Shown in pieces: positions 33,187 through 42,903 of a stretch of DNA of 52,257 nucleotides. This stretch comes from Candidatus Micrarchaeia archaeon. Its GTDB lineage: Archaea > Micrarchaeota > Micrarchaeia > Micrarchaeales > Micrarchaeaceae. Both the position numbers and the translations under genes were made by a program. Location of the stretch: contig JBMFWP010000002.1 of NCBI GenBank assembly GCA_049965155.1, positions 1 to 52,257 on the forward strand. The letters are read 5' to 3'. The notes beneath the pieces are model-generated. The model was not told the origin of the DNA. It did no database searches and worked only from the letters and a program-made list of their open reading frames with translations. Each line of letters starts with the position of its first letter. Position 1 is the first letter of the stretch.

Positions 33187-36100
33187 ATGATGGTTGTTAT
33201 GCTTCTAGCCTTTGAGACAGGGTTCATAGCCTTCTTCACAATGTTTATACCTGGAGTGCTCCTAGCGTATGCATTGCTCAGGAAGACTGGGCTGCACACC
33301 TTTGAGAAGCTGGTTATAGGCTTCATATTTGGCCTCATAGCGCCTGCTACCCTGACGTGGATAGATGCGTATCTGATGCCATACATCCACCTATTTGAAT
33401 TTTCATTGCCCCTATTCGAGGTCAATGCGCTAATAATAACAATAGTCGCTGCTCTTATATGCTGGAAGGAAGGGGTATTCAATGATTTCTCGCAGTACAT
33501 CAGCACAAAGGCGAAGCGTGCAGTAGAAGAAAGGCAGATAAGAGTGGTAGAGCACGCTGAATCGATGGAGCTCTCCGAGCTAAGGGCAAACCTTAGGGGC
33601 TTTGAGAAGGCGCAGTCAATAATCAAGCAGCATGAAGATGAAGAGAGCGCGCTGAAGCAGAAGCAAGAAGCCGAGCTTTCGCACGCGTCAGGCCTTGGGG
33701 AAGAGGAAAAGGCAAAGATATCCGAGCTCCACAACAAGGCTCTTGCCGATTTGGTAGGCAAGCATGTTTCTGAGGAGAAAGGCATGCTCAATGCGCTTAA
33801 GGCGGAACAGGCTGAGATAGTGCTCAAGAGCAAGTCTTCCGAGACATCAACACACCGTTCCGTACCTTCGTGGGTATGGTGGGTTCTTCTGCTTTTCATG
33901 GTTATTACATTCGCTACGCGCATGCTTAGTGTTCCAATAACGCCGACATTCTTCGAATTCGACCCATACTTCGACATGCTCGCGACAGAGCACCTTCTGA
34001 CTTTCGGATATCAGCCGCTATTGTCGCATTCCGCGTGGCCCGTTATATCAAACGGCACTGTGATGAGGATACAGCCGCTGATACCGTATCTTGAGGCTTA
34101 TTGGTACTCGCTTGCAAACTACCTCGGCCCGCACTTCACCACATTCAACACAACACTTATGAGCTATGTAGGTGGGGTATACCCGCCAATCACTGCTGCG
34201 CTCCTTGTGTTCGTAATATTCATGCTCCTTTACAATGAATACGACCCATATATAGGTCTAATAGGTGCTTCCTTCGTCATGGCGATGCCGATACTGTTCA
34301 CCACATTCGTATCAGGGGAGCAGCTCTTGGAGCCATGGGGCATATTCACACTGTTCTTCTTCTTCGCAGCCTATATGCTAGCTGTCAAGAACATGAAGAG
34401 CACAAGGCTTGCCATATTTGCAGGAATAGCGTTCGCATCTACTTTCTTGGGCGCCCACTATTATACCGTCGATGCAGGAGTATTGACGCTTTATATAGTG
34501 CTGCAGGGAGTCATAAGCTATTTGAGGGGCGACCTGGGCAAGGATTTCTACAAGATGAATGCAATAGTAATAATAGTCATCGCAATATTCCTAGCATTCT
34601 ATTCACCGTACCACGCGACTCTTAGCGGGCGCATACCGTCGGTGCTCGGAATACCAATAACTGTAAGCGGACCGCTTGCTGCGTTAATACTCATAGCTGT
34701 GATAGACTACCTTCCAAGGATTCTGAAGCAGTACCATGTTCTGTTCAATAAGATAGACATGAAGGTGAAAGTGCTGTGGCTCATAATAATAGCTGTAATA
34801 GTGCTGGCTCTGCTAGCAGCAACGCCTTTGGGCAAGCCGGTGAAGGGCTACCTGAGCCTGAGCACGAAGTTCACTACTCCATCTACTCCGCTTTTCATGA
34901 CGGTGCAGGAGTTCGAGCCAACTGGTCTAGCATACAACTTCGGCGCAGCAGGTCTGGGCATAATAGCGTCGAGCATGTTCGGCGTGCCGCTTTTCGTATG
35001 GCTTCTATCGGCATTGGCAATAATACTCATATGCATCAGCATATACTATAGAAAGAGCAACACCGGCATATTCTATCTGATGATAGCGCTTCCGCTCATG
35101 GTTGCGGCCTTCTCTGAGGTAAAGTACATACCGCACTTCGGCGTTGCATACATAATGCTCTTCGGCATAGTAATAGGGGAGGTAGCAGTGCTGGCAGGTA
35201 ATGACTTCAAGCTGAAGCACGAGACAGACGAAAGCATATCTGCCCTGATAAAGAGGGCCTATACAGAGCATAAGGACCTCATGTATTTCGTGTTCAGCAT
35301 AGCGCTGTTCTTCTTCTCGCCAATAATCGCGATAATATACATCTTATTCATACTATTCGCGCACAGGACCGAAAACAGGAACTATATGTGGGCGCTGCTC
35401 GTATTCTTCCTGATAGTTGAGATAGCTGGGGCGGCATTGGGCCATCCGATATACGGTGAAAGCTATTCGCTTATACAAGCAGTAGGCTCAACGACCTTGT
35501 ACTATAGCTCACCATCTACTGCATGCTCGTCCCTGAGCAGCAGCGGCAATTCGATAGGTCTTGACTTATACTGCAATGTTGTTCCAAGCTACTGGCTGTC
35601 TGCGCTCTCATGGATGAAGAGCAACATAGGGCCAAGCGGTCCAAGGGTCATGTCCTGGTGGGACTATGGCGACTGGATAAACTGGTTCGGCCAGACACCA
35701 ACAGTGACAAGAGGCGACAATGCAGATCCAAATGAGGACTTTGCAGTAGCGGCAAACTACGTGCTTGGCCCGAAGGACAATTACACCCCAGCGGTGATGG
35801 ACAACTTCATGAACACCAACCAGACGAGGTATATAGTGTTCGACCAGGGCCTCATAGCAAAATGGGGCGCTCTGGACTTCCTCGCATGCATAGACATAAA
35901 CGAGACATCGAGGGCGTTCGCAATAGCTGAGGGCAAGCTGCAGAATCCTCCTGTCCCGTATGCATTGGGTAACTCACCGTGCGAGCTGGCTCACGATCCA
36001 CAATACGTGCTCGTACCACTGCCTACGCTAATACCAACCATAGAGAAGCCTACGATAAACGAATACTGCTCAATATCCAATTCGAGCACCCAGTATGCGT

Positions 36101-36552
36101 ATTCATACCTTGTGGATAACAATTCCCTCACAAACCAGTCGGTATGCGTCGACCTGAATCCAACTAGCGCCGGAGCGTTCAAGGTATACTATCAAAACGG
36201 CACGCAGATGAACGCATACATACAGGCAATCACACAATCGCCTCTTGGGGAGACCGAACTGACAAAGGGGGGCCCACTGTACTTAGAGTACCTGATGGTG
36301 TACACGCCCAACGGTCCCAACGATACTATAACAAACGCGCCATCCGAGTTCTACCTGTCGAACTTCTACAAAGGTTTCTTCTTCGGCAAGCTGCCAGGGT
36401 TCACGCAGGTATACCCTGCCAATGCAACAGGTATAAACTTCGTCAACAACACATATCCGATACGCATACTCGCGCTCAACAATTTCACAGGGCAGCTGCC
36501 CCCGAAGACTTCCAAGCCCAGCTATGTGGAAAACAACTATACATTCCCGTGA
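33187..36552 (+). CDS. aglB: Oligosaccharyltransferase AglB (STT3 family) with an extra N-terminal module
   Basis: 1121 aa. WWDYG motif (VMSWWDYGDWINWFG). The first-loop acidic motif FEFDPYFD follows a TM helix at about aa 228-245, and the core has more than 10 TM helices. Residues 1-225 (3 TM plus a ~115-aa charged coiled region) precede the canonical TM1. Confidence 0.9.
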   Translation: MMVVMLLAFETGFIAFFTMFIPGVLLAYALLRKTGLHTFEKLVIGFIFGLIAPATLTWIDAYLMPYIHLFEFSLPLFEVNALIITIVAALICWKEGVFNDFSQYISTKAKRAVEERQIRVVEHAESMELSELRANLRGFEKAQSIIKQHEDEESALKQKQEAELSHASGLGEEEKAKISELHNKALADLVGKHVSEEKGMLNALKAEQAEIVLKSKSSETSTHRSVPSWVWWVLLLFMVITFATRMLSVPITPTFFEFDPYFDMLATEHLLTFGYQPLLSHSAWPVISNGTVMRIQPLIPYLEAYWYSLANYLGPHFTTFNTTLMSYVGGVYPPITAALLVFVIFMLLYNEYDPYIGLIGASFVMAMPILFTTFVSGEQLLEPWGIFTLFFFFAAYMLAVKNMKSTRLAIFAGIAFASTFLGAHYYTVDAGVLTLYIVLQGVISYLRGDLGKDFYKMNAIVIIVIAIFLAFYSPYHATLSGRIPSVLGIPITVSGPLAALILIAVIDYLPRILKQYHVLFNKIDMKVKVLWLIIIAVIVLALLAATPLGKPVKGYLSLSTKFTTPSTPLFMTVQEFEPTGLAYNFGAAGLGIIASSMFGVPLFVWLLSALAIILICISIYYRKSNTGIFYLMIALPLMVAAFSEVKYIPHFGVAYIMLFGIVIGEVAVLAGNDFKLKHETDESISALIKRAYTEHKDLMYFVFSIALFFFSPIIAIIYILFILFAHRTENRNYMWALLVFFLIVEIAGAALGHPIYGESYSLIQAVGSTTLYYSSPSTACSSLSSSGNSIGLDLYCNVVPSYWLSALSWMKSNIGPSGPRVMSWWDYGDWINWFGQTPTVTRGDNADPNEDFAVAANYVLGPKDNYTPAVMDNFMNTNQTRYIVFDQGLIAKWGALDFLACIDINETSRAFAIAEGKLQNPPVPYALGNSPCELAHDPQYVLVPLPTLIPTIEKPTINEYCSISNSSTQYAYSYLVDNNSLTNQSVCVDLNPTSAGAFKVYYQNGTQMNAYIQAITQSPLGETELTKGGPLYLEYLMVYTPNGPNDTITNAPSEFYLSNFYKGFFFGKLPGFTQVYPANATGINFVNNTYPIRILALNNFTGQLPPKTSKPSYVENNYTFP

Positions 36553-36609
36553 GAAAAGAAAGGATTAAATTAATGTTTGGTGTCAATCTTAATGCTCCAT
36601 CCTGATGGT

Positions 36610-36684
36610 GGGCTTGTAGCTCAGCCTGGTCAGAGCGGCGGTCTTATAAGCCGTAGGTCGAGAGTTCAAATCTCTCCAGGCCCA
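36610..36684 (+). tRNA. tRNA-Ile with genomic anticodon TAT (UAU)
   Basis: GGGCTTG TA GCTC AGCCTGGTCA GAGC G GCGGT CT-TAT-AA GCCGT AGGTC GAGAG TTCAAAT CTCTC CAGGCCC A. This is a clean 75-nt cloverleaf with a 7-bp acceptor (one G-U) and a canonical T-loop. No intron and no encoded CCA. Confidence 0.85.
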
Positions 36685-36731
36685 CTAACATATTGCGCAA
36701 GGTGTTCTGGAGCGTCATTTAAGTGGATGGG

Positions 36732-37496
36732 ATGAGGATAAAATTCGTTTGCGACAGGTACTGCGGCGTTGCCCAAGGCGATGTGCGCCGGCTGGCAAGT
36801 GATGCAGGAATAAAGCCTCCAGATTCTGACTACGATGCGGTGGTGATAATCGGAGGCGACGGCAGCTTTCTCAACCACGCCCTAGATTATAAGAAGCCGT
36901 TGCTGCCCGTGGAAGGGGTGCACAAAGGTCATCTCAAGAGCGTCGGTATGCTCACGGAGCACAAATTCTCAGATCTTCCTGCAGTGCTGCATAAGCTATC
37001 AAAAGGTCAATTCAAGGTTGTACCAGAGCCCGTGCTGGAACTTAGGCACTCGGGCAATATACACAGATCCATCGGCGACTTCTACGTCGAGAGGATTGAC
37101 ACGAAGGAGGCAGTCAGGTATAAGGCAGTCATAACCGATGGTGCGAATAAGACTGTCAGTTATGCAATATCGAACGGCTTCATAATCACCACACCCATAG
37201 GCTCTACAGGCTATTTCTCATATCCAGACGTGTTGGAGCACCGGCGCCCCAAGCGCATAAATGGCCTCGGCTTCGCCCACATACTGCCCTCTACTGTGAA
37301 GGACATGGTAAATGGCAGGAATGTTCCATATATGGTGCGCAGGACCTTCTCCATCAATTCGAAGATTGATATATACCTGGAACGGAACACCGCATACCTG
37401 TTTGGTATACCAAAAAGGAACTCAGGGATAAGGCTGTCTGACGGCCATATAAGTGCAAGGGCAATTGAAGGAGGGCTGAAGAAGATAATAGTCTGA
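36732..37496 (+). CDS. nadK: NAD+ kinase
   Basis: GGDG motif (AVVIIGGDGSFLN) and ..IITTPIGSTGY.. (consensus sTPtGSTAY). The track ORF begins at GTG 36723. ATG 36732 (MRIKFV) is likely. Confidence 0.8.
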   Translation: MRIKFVCDRYCGVAQGDVRRLASDAGIKPPDSDYDAVVIIGGDGSFLNHALDYKKPLLPVEGVHKGHLKSVGMLTEHKFSDLPAVLHKLSKGQFKVVPEPVLELRHSGNIHRSIGDFYVERIDTKEAVRYKAVITDGANKTVSYAISNGFIITTPIGSTGYFSYPDVLEHRRPKRINGLGFAHILPSTVKDMVNGRNVPYMVRRTFSINSKIDIYLERNTAYLFGIPKRNSGIRLSDGHISARAIEGGLKKIIV

Positions 37497-37562
37497 TTGA
37501 TAACAATCGCATGCAAGCACACGAATAAATAAATTGCCTGTAATGTGTGCTTGGGCGAAAAC

Positions 37563-38990
37563 ATGAAACTCTTTATAGATGGAACATGGGAAGATTCGAG
37601 CAGCGGCAGCAAGATAGAAAAGCTCAGCCCTGTTACAGGCGCCAAGATGTATGACTTCCCTGCAGCAACAAAAGAAGATGTTAGCAGGGCTATAGATGCC
37701 GCTTACGAGTCTTGGGAAAAATGGTACTCGATGGGCTCTGTGAGCCGTTCAAAGGTCGTATACAAGGCCAAAGCACTGATAGAGAAGAACCGAAAGCAAT
37801 TGGAAGACATACTTGTGAAAGAGAATGGAAAGATAAGGTCTGAAGCTATCGGAGAGGTCGATGGTGTTATAGACCAGCTCCAGTACTATGCAGAGTTCGC
37901 CAGGAAGATGACTGGAGACATAGTAGAAGGCGAGAGCGGAAATAGGAAGATACTACAGTACAAAGTCCCATATGGCGTGGTGGTCGCGATAACTCCCTGG
38001 AACTTTCCCGCAGCGATGGTTGCAAGGAAGATTGCGCCAGCTCTCATGACGGGCAACTCCGTAGTCGTCAAGCCCAGCAGCGATACGCCTGGCAGTGCAG
38101 AATTCATTGTCAAGATGTTCGTAAAGGCAGGAATCCCGAAGGGCGTGATAAACCTAGTCACAGGCAAGGGGTCTGAAATCGGCGACTATATAATATCACA
38201 CAAGCATGTTTCATTGGTGTCAATGACAGGTTCGACATCGACGGGCCAGCGCATAATGGAGAAAGCGTCGTCAAACATGGCAAAGCTGATACTTGAGCTC
38301 GGCGGCAAGGCGCCATTTATAGTATGGGAGGACGCCGACCTGGCAACAGCCCTCAAGGTATTCATATGGGCGAAGTACTCAAATACGGGCCAGTCGTGCA
38401 TCGCTGCCGAAAGATTATATGTCCATGAGAAGGTCTTCGACAAATTCATGAAAATGGCAGCGGAAGCATCAAAAAGGCTGAGTGTGGGCAACCCAGAGAA
38501 GGCTAAGATGGGTCCTCTAATAAACAAGGTTGCTCTGGATAACATAGCCAAATATGTCGATGAAGCAGAAGCAGAAGGCGGCAAGGTGATAACCGGCGGC
38601 GGGAAGCCAAAGCTGGCAGGCGCATTGAAAAGAGGGTATTTCTATCAGCCAACAATAGTTACTGGAGTGAGTCAGAAATCAAAGCTGTTTCAGGAGGAGA
38701 TATTCGGGCCGGTCATAGGCGCAGCAAAAGTATCATCAGTAGAGGAAATGTTTGATAAGGCAAACGACTCGAAATACGGCCTCGCGTCATACCTCTTCAC
38801 GAAGGACCTGAGCTTAGCGAACAGGGCCGCTGAGGCAATACGCTTCGGCGAGCTCTATGTCAACATGCCCGGGCCGGAGGCTTCGCAGGGCTACCACACG
38901 GGCTTCAGGATGACAGGGCAAGCAGGTGAAGGGAGCAAATACGGCATCGCCGAATACCTCAAGCTGAAGAATGTTTATCTGGAGTATTAA
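37563..38990 (+). CDS. NAD(P)+-dependent aldehyde dehydrogenase (candidate glyceraldehyde or 2,5-dioxopentanoate dehydrogenase)
   Basis: ..[10 protein letters not shown].., catalytic Glu in LELGGKAP and catalytic Cys in [14 protein letters not shown]. Substrate is inferred only from the neighbouring genes. The track ORF starts at 37545. Confidence 0.9.
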   Translation: MKLFIDGTWEDSSSGSKIEKLSPVTGAKMYDFPAATKEDVSRAIDAAYESWEKWYSMGSVSRSKVVYKAKALIEKNRKQLEDILVKENGKIRSEAIGEVDGVIDQLQYYAEFARKMTGDIVEGESGNRKILQYKVPYGVVVAITPWNFPAAMVARKIAPALMTGNSVVVKPSSDTPGSAEFIVKMFVKAGIPKGVINLVTGKGSEIGDYIISHKHVSLVSMTGSTSTGQRIMEKASSNMAKLILELGGKAPFIVWEDADLATALKVFIWAKYSNTGQSCIAAERLYVHEKVFDKFMKMAAEASKRLSVGNPEKAKMGPLINKVALDNIAKYVDEAEAEGGKVITGGGKPKLAGALKRGYFYQPTIVTGVSQKSKLFQEEIFGPVIGAAKVSSVEEMFDKANDSKYGLASYLFTKDLSLANRAAEAIRFGELYVNMPGPEASQGYHTGFRMTGQAGEGSKYGIAEYLKLKNVYLEY

Positions 38991-38998
38991 GTGATTAT

Positions 38999-40678
38999 AT
39001 GGCAGAAAGCAGAATCAACAAGATATCAAAAGAGTTCTACGGCGGCATATACAAGGCCCCGAACAGGGGTTACTTGAAGGCTATAGGGAAATCAGATGAA
39101 GACTTGAAGAAGCCGATGGTCGGCATAGGTGCAGCATGGAGCGAGACTGGCCCGTGCAACATACACACGCTCATGCTCGGCAGGCAGGCTGCCAAAGGGG
39201 TTGCTGCTAACGGAATAACATCTTTCCTATTCGCCACTCCTGTAGTGATAGACGGCATAGCGATGGGCTCAGAAGGGATGAAGTACTCTCTCGTGAGCAG
39301 GGAAGTGATAGCCGATACTGTGGAGATGATGATAAAGTCCAACGGCTACGACGGGTTTGTAGGCATATCTGGGTGCGACAAAACAAGCCCTGCAATGATG
39401 ATGGCGATGGCGAGGATGAACCTTCCCTCCATATTGCTCTATGGCGGCACTACGCTCAACGGCAATCTCCACGGAGAGAAGATAACCATGCAGGAGATAT
39501 TTGAGGGAGTGGGGTCATATTCCAGCGGCAAGATGTCGATAAAGGAACTCAAGGAGATTGAAGACAACGCCATACCGTCAGCAGGTACCTGCGCAGGCCT
39601 ATACACTGCTAACACCATGGGCATGATGACAGAGGTGCTGGGCCTTGCGCTGCCAGGGAGTGCATCCATACCGGCAGTAGATGGAGGCAAGTCAGATTAT
39701 GCATACAGGACTGGGGAAGCAATGCTTACCATAATGGAAAATGGGATAAAGCCCAGGGATATATTGACATATGAAGCTTTTGAAAATGCTGTAACAGTTC
39801 TTATGGCAAGTGGAGGCTCTACCAATGCAGTGCTACACCTGCTCGCAATAGCTCATGAAGCATCAGTGAAATTGGCATTGGACGATTTCACAAGGATAGG
39901 CAAGAGAACAGCTGAGATAGTGAACATGAAGCCTGCTGGTGCGTTCACCATGGAGGACCTTAACAATTACGGCGGCGTTCCGCTGATAATGAAAAAGCTC
40001 ATAAGGGCAAATCTGATCAACTCGGACCAGATAACTGTTACGGGCAGGACTATAAGGGAGAATTTCGAGGGCATCAAGCTGGCAGAAGACAATCCTGATA
40101 TCGTAAGGGATGTGAAGAAGCCGTTCCACAAGGTCGGAGGCATACACATATTGAAGGGCAGCCTTGCTCCTGAAGGTGCTGTAATAAAAGCTTCGGCTTC
40201 AGGGATGCTCTCGCATGAGGGGCCTGCAATTGTGTTCGATTCTGAGCAGGAAGCATTCTCTGCAGTCACAAAGGGAAAAGTGAAAAAAGGAAATGTAGTT
40301 GTAATAAGGTATGAAGGACCAAAGGGTGGCCCAGGAATGCGCGAAATGCTATCTGTTACTGCAGCAATAATTGGCAGAGGTTTAGGCGAAAGCGTAGCTC
40401 TAGTAACTGATGGAAGATTTTCTGGCGCAACTCGCGGGCTCATGGTGGGGCATGTCACTCCAGAAGCATATGTTGGAGGCCCAATTGCACTTGTTAAGGA
40501 CGGCGATACTATAAGCATAGACGTTGCAAAAGACAAGCTAGACCTAAAGGTAAGCAACGATGAGCTTGAGAGAAGGCTCAAAGCCCTTAAGCTCAGGCCT
40601 CCGTTATATGCATCGGGCTTGCTGTCGCATTATGCGAAATTAGTAACTGATGCATCGCACGGAGCTGTGCTCTCCTAG
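38999..40678 (+). CDS. IlvD/Edd-family dehydratase (dihydroxy-acid or sugar-acid dehydratase)
   Basis: 559 aa. Conserved Cys-containing blocks ..GPCNIH.., ..[14 protein letters not shown].. and ..[13 protein letters not shown]... The C-terminal block is ..[22 protein letters not shown].. Confidence 0.9.
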   Translation: MAESRINKISKEFYGGIYKAPNRGYLKAIGKSDEDLKKPMVGIGAAWSETGPCNIHTLMLGRQAAKGVAANGITSFLFATPVVIDGIAMGSEGMKYSLVSREVIADTVEMMIKSNGYDGFVGISGCDKTSPAMMMAMARMNLPSILLYGGTTLNGNLHGEKITMQEIFEGVGSYSSGKMSIKELKEIEDNAIPSAGTCAGLYTANTMGMMTEVLGLALPGSASIPAVDGGKSDYAYRTGEAMLTIMENGIKPRDILTYEAFENAVTVLMASGGSTNAVLHLLAIAHEASVKLALDDFTRIGKRTAEIVNMKPAGAFTMEDLNNYGGVPLIMKKLIRANLINSDQITVTGRTIRENFEGIKLAEDNPDIVRDVKKPFHKVGGIHILKGSLAPEGAVIKASASGMLSHEGPAIVFDSEQEAFSAVTKGKVKKGNVVVIRYEGPKGGPGMREMLSVTAAIIGRGLGESVALVTDGRFSGATRGLMVGHVTPEAYVGGPIALVKDGDTISIDVAKDKLDLKVSNDELERRLKALKLRPPLYASGLLSHYAKLVTDASHGAVLS

Positions 40679-40682
40679 TTAG

Positions 40683-41873
40683 CTACTTAGGCGCCTTCCA
40701 GGTGCCTTTTACAACCCACGGTGGCTCGTCAGGGTTGAAAGGCTCCATGCCATCAACTTTATACTCTTCCAGTATGCGTTCGTTGATCTCTACCCCGAGC
40801 CCTGGCTTGCCGCTTATTGTGTAAGCCCCGTCCTCAAGCTTGTATCCGCTCTTTACAACCTTCTTCTTCCAATCCGGCCAGAAATGCTCAAAGCTTTCCT
40901 GCATGAAGAAGTTCGGTATAGTTACATCTATATTGAGCGTAGCTGCGGTCTGTATCGGTCCAAATGCATTATGGAAGGCGACCTCCGCACCGAAAGACTC
41001 TGCCATAGATGCTATCTTCTTCCCTTCAAGCACGCCCCTCGCATTGGTTATATCGGGCTGCAATATATCAACAAGGTCATCCACAAGATAGGGCAGGAAC
41101 AAGTTTTTGTTCATCACCCTCTCTCCTAGTGCTATTGGTATACTGGTTGTATCCCTGAGCCTCTTGAGCCCAACTATATTGTCTGGATGCACGGGCTCTT
41201 CTATGAAAGCGGGCTTAAGGCCCTCGAGCGCCCTAGCAATGCTTATAGCAGCATTTGCATTAAACCTTCCATGGCATTCTATGAGCACATCCGCACCTTT
41301 TGCTGCACTTTTTACTGCACCTACAACATCGACCGCATGCTCTATGTGCTTCTTGTCTACGACATCATAGGCGTTGCCGAAAGGATCAAATTTCATCGCT
41401 TTGAAACCGGCTTTTGAAACCTCTTTCGCTTTCTTAGCAAAGCTCTCTGGAGAAACACAGTCTGAATACCAACCGTTTGCATAGCCCTGTATTCTCTCAT
41501 TAAGCATGCCTCCAAGCATTTTGTATACGGGCATACCATAAATCTTCCCCATTATGTCCCAAGAGGCTATCTCAAAAGCACTGAAAGCAGAGGTGGTCTC
41601 CATTGATTCGGGCATATAGAATGAATGCTTGTAGACCTCAAGTGAATTCCTCTCTATTTCTGTCGGATCCTTTCCCTTCAATATTCTAGCTATCTCCTTT
41701 GCCTCTTCCATAACTGGCTTTGTCATTAATGTAGTGGGCGCCTCCCCGTATCCCACAACGCCATCTGATGTAGTGAGCCTAAGAACTATTATTGTAGAAC
41801 TCCATGGGCTCGAATTCTCTCCCTTGCTTATATCCCCTACTTCTATTATCTCAATATCCCTTATCTTGCTCAT
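40683..41873 (-). CDS. Enolase-superfamily (mandelate racemase/muconate lactonizing) dehydratase, candidate gluconate/galactonate dehydratase
   Basis: N-terminal capping domain ..VGYGEAPT.., then barrel blocks ..FKAMKFDPFG.., ..ECHGRF.., ..FIEEPV.. and ..IALGER... The track ORF extends to 41891. The start at MSKIRD is preferred. Confidence 0.85.
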   Translation of the reverse strand: MSKIRDIEIIEVGDISKGENSSPWSSTIIVLRLTTSDGVVGYGEAPTTLMTKPVMEEAKEIARILKGKDPTEIERNSLEVYKHSFYMPESMETTSAFSAFEIASWDIMGKIYGMPVYKMLGGMLNERIQGYANGWYSDCVSPESFAKKAKEVSKAGFKAMKFDPFGNAYDVVDKKHIEHAVDVVGAVKSAAKGADVLIECHGRFNANAAISIARALEGLKPAFIEEPVHPDNIVGLKRLRDTTSIPIALGERVMNKNLFLPYLVDDLVDILQPDITNARGVLEGKKIASMAESFGAEVAFHNAFGPIQTAATLNIDVTIPNFFMQESFEHFWPDWKKKVVKSGYKLEDGAYTISGKPGLGVEINERILEEYKVDGMEPFNPDEPPWVVKGTWKAPK

Positions 41874-41983
41874 GTACTCACCTATATACATTACGCTCTA
41901 CATCAAACCATAAATAGTTTCTCAATTCATGTAGATACATATATAATATTCATAAGTGCGTGTGCATATCGCCGAGCTGAAGA

Positions 41984-42895
41984 ATGCAAATCATGGTGCA
42001 GTTGATGTTATACCAGCACAAGAAATACGGCATGGTTACGCCTACTGTAACGCTTTCAAAGCGCAATTCAATAGATTCCGAAGCGGCAAAATCGCTAATG
42101 CGCTTCCTTAAGAAATCAGGAATCAAGGGTGCATTTATCGCAGGATCTACTGGAAACACTCCGATGTTGAGCACAAAGGAGCATAAAGCCCTAATAGAGC
42201 AGTATACACAATATGCAAAGAATGAGCACCTAGCAACATTTGTGGGCATAGGCCGGGATTCTATTGAAGATACATTGTTGATGGGAAAATACGCTATAGA
42301 TTTGGGGGCTGACAAGCTCGTTATAGTAACTCCTTATTATATCAAAGAGGACCAAAGGCAATTGCATGCCTATTATTCAAAGCTTTTGGGCAAGCTTGAT
42401 TCCGAAGCACTTATATACAATGTTCCAGCCCTCACTGGAAATAATATAGAAGCAGAAACAGTGGCCAAGCTTGCAGATGAGAATAGCAACCTTGAAGGAG
42501 TGAAATCCACAAACACTGATTTCAACCAGTTCCAGAAACTGATATATTATACTAGAAGGAGCTTCCTAGTTTTCCAAGGATATGACCACCTCCTGCTTCC
42601 CTCACTTGAGCTTGGTGCTTCTGGCGGAGTATGTGGCACAACAAATTTTACCGATGTTGCAGCAAAGCTCTATTCATCATACAATAAAAAGGAAACAGAC
42701 AAGTGCATTAAGCTGCACAAAGAACTGTCTAGGATATACCATTTGTTAGAACCTTACGAGTTCCCAGCGATATATAATGCAATGTTCTACAAGCTAGTCA
42801 TGAAGAATACAAGAGGGGGAGAGCTCGGCATGCCGAGCAAAATAAGCAAGAAAGAGATTGATGTGATGTTAAAGGCGCTAAAAAAACCCTTATAA
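41984..42895 (+). CDS. DapA/NAL-family class I aldolase (candidate 2-keto-3-deoxy-sugar-acid aldolase, or dehydratase)
   Basis: ..GMVTPTVT...GAFIAGSTGNTPMLSTKEHKALI.. (consensus GTTGE..LS.eE). Also ..LVIVTPYY.., ..IYNVPALTG.. and the Schiff-base Lys context ..LEGVKSTN... The start is uncertain (41984, 42005 or 42032). Confidence 0.8.
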   Translation: MQIMVQLMLYQHKKYGMVTPTVTLSKRNSIDSEAAKSLMRFLKKSGIKGAFIAGSTGNTPMLSTKEHKALIEQYTQYAKNEHLATFVGIGRDSIEDTLLMGKYAIDLGADKLVIVTPYYIKEDQRQLHAYYSKLLGKLDSEALIYNVPALTGNNIEAETVAKLADENSNLEGVKSTNTDFNQFQKLIYYTRRSFLVFQGYDHLLLPSLELGASGGVCGTTNFTDVAAKLYSSYNKKETDKCIKLHKELSRIYHLLEPYEFPAIYNAMFYKLVMKNTRGGELGMPSKISKKEIDVMLKALKKPL

Positions 42896-42903
42896 TGCCC
42901 GAT

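Noticed and set aside
33135-33977. 280-aa minus-strand ORF antisense to the 5' part of aglB. Similar long antisense ORFs occur at 4434-5195, 11930-12724, 17430-18200, 18699-19391, 24636-25151 and 39967-40581.
   Set aside because: Each lies fully inside a gene with strong family signatures on the opposite strand. Their translations are Ser/Leu/Cys/Phe-rich low-complexity shadows with no motifs. They are the typical stop-poor antisense frames of genes biased toward GAR/AAR/ATA codons.
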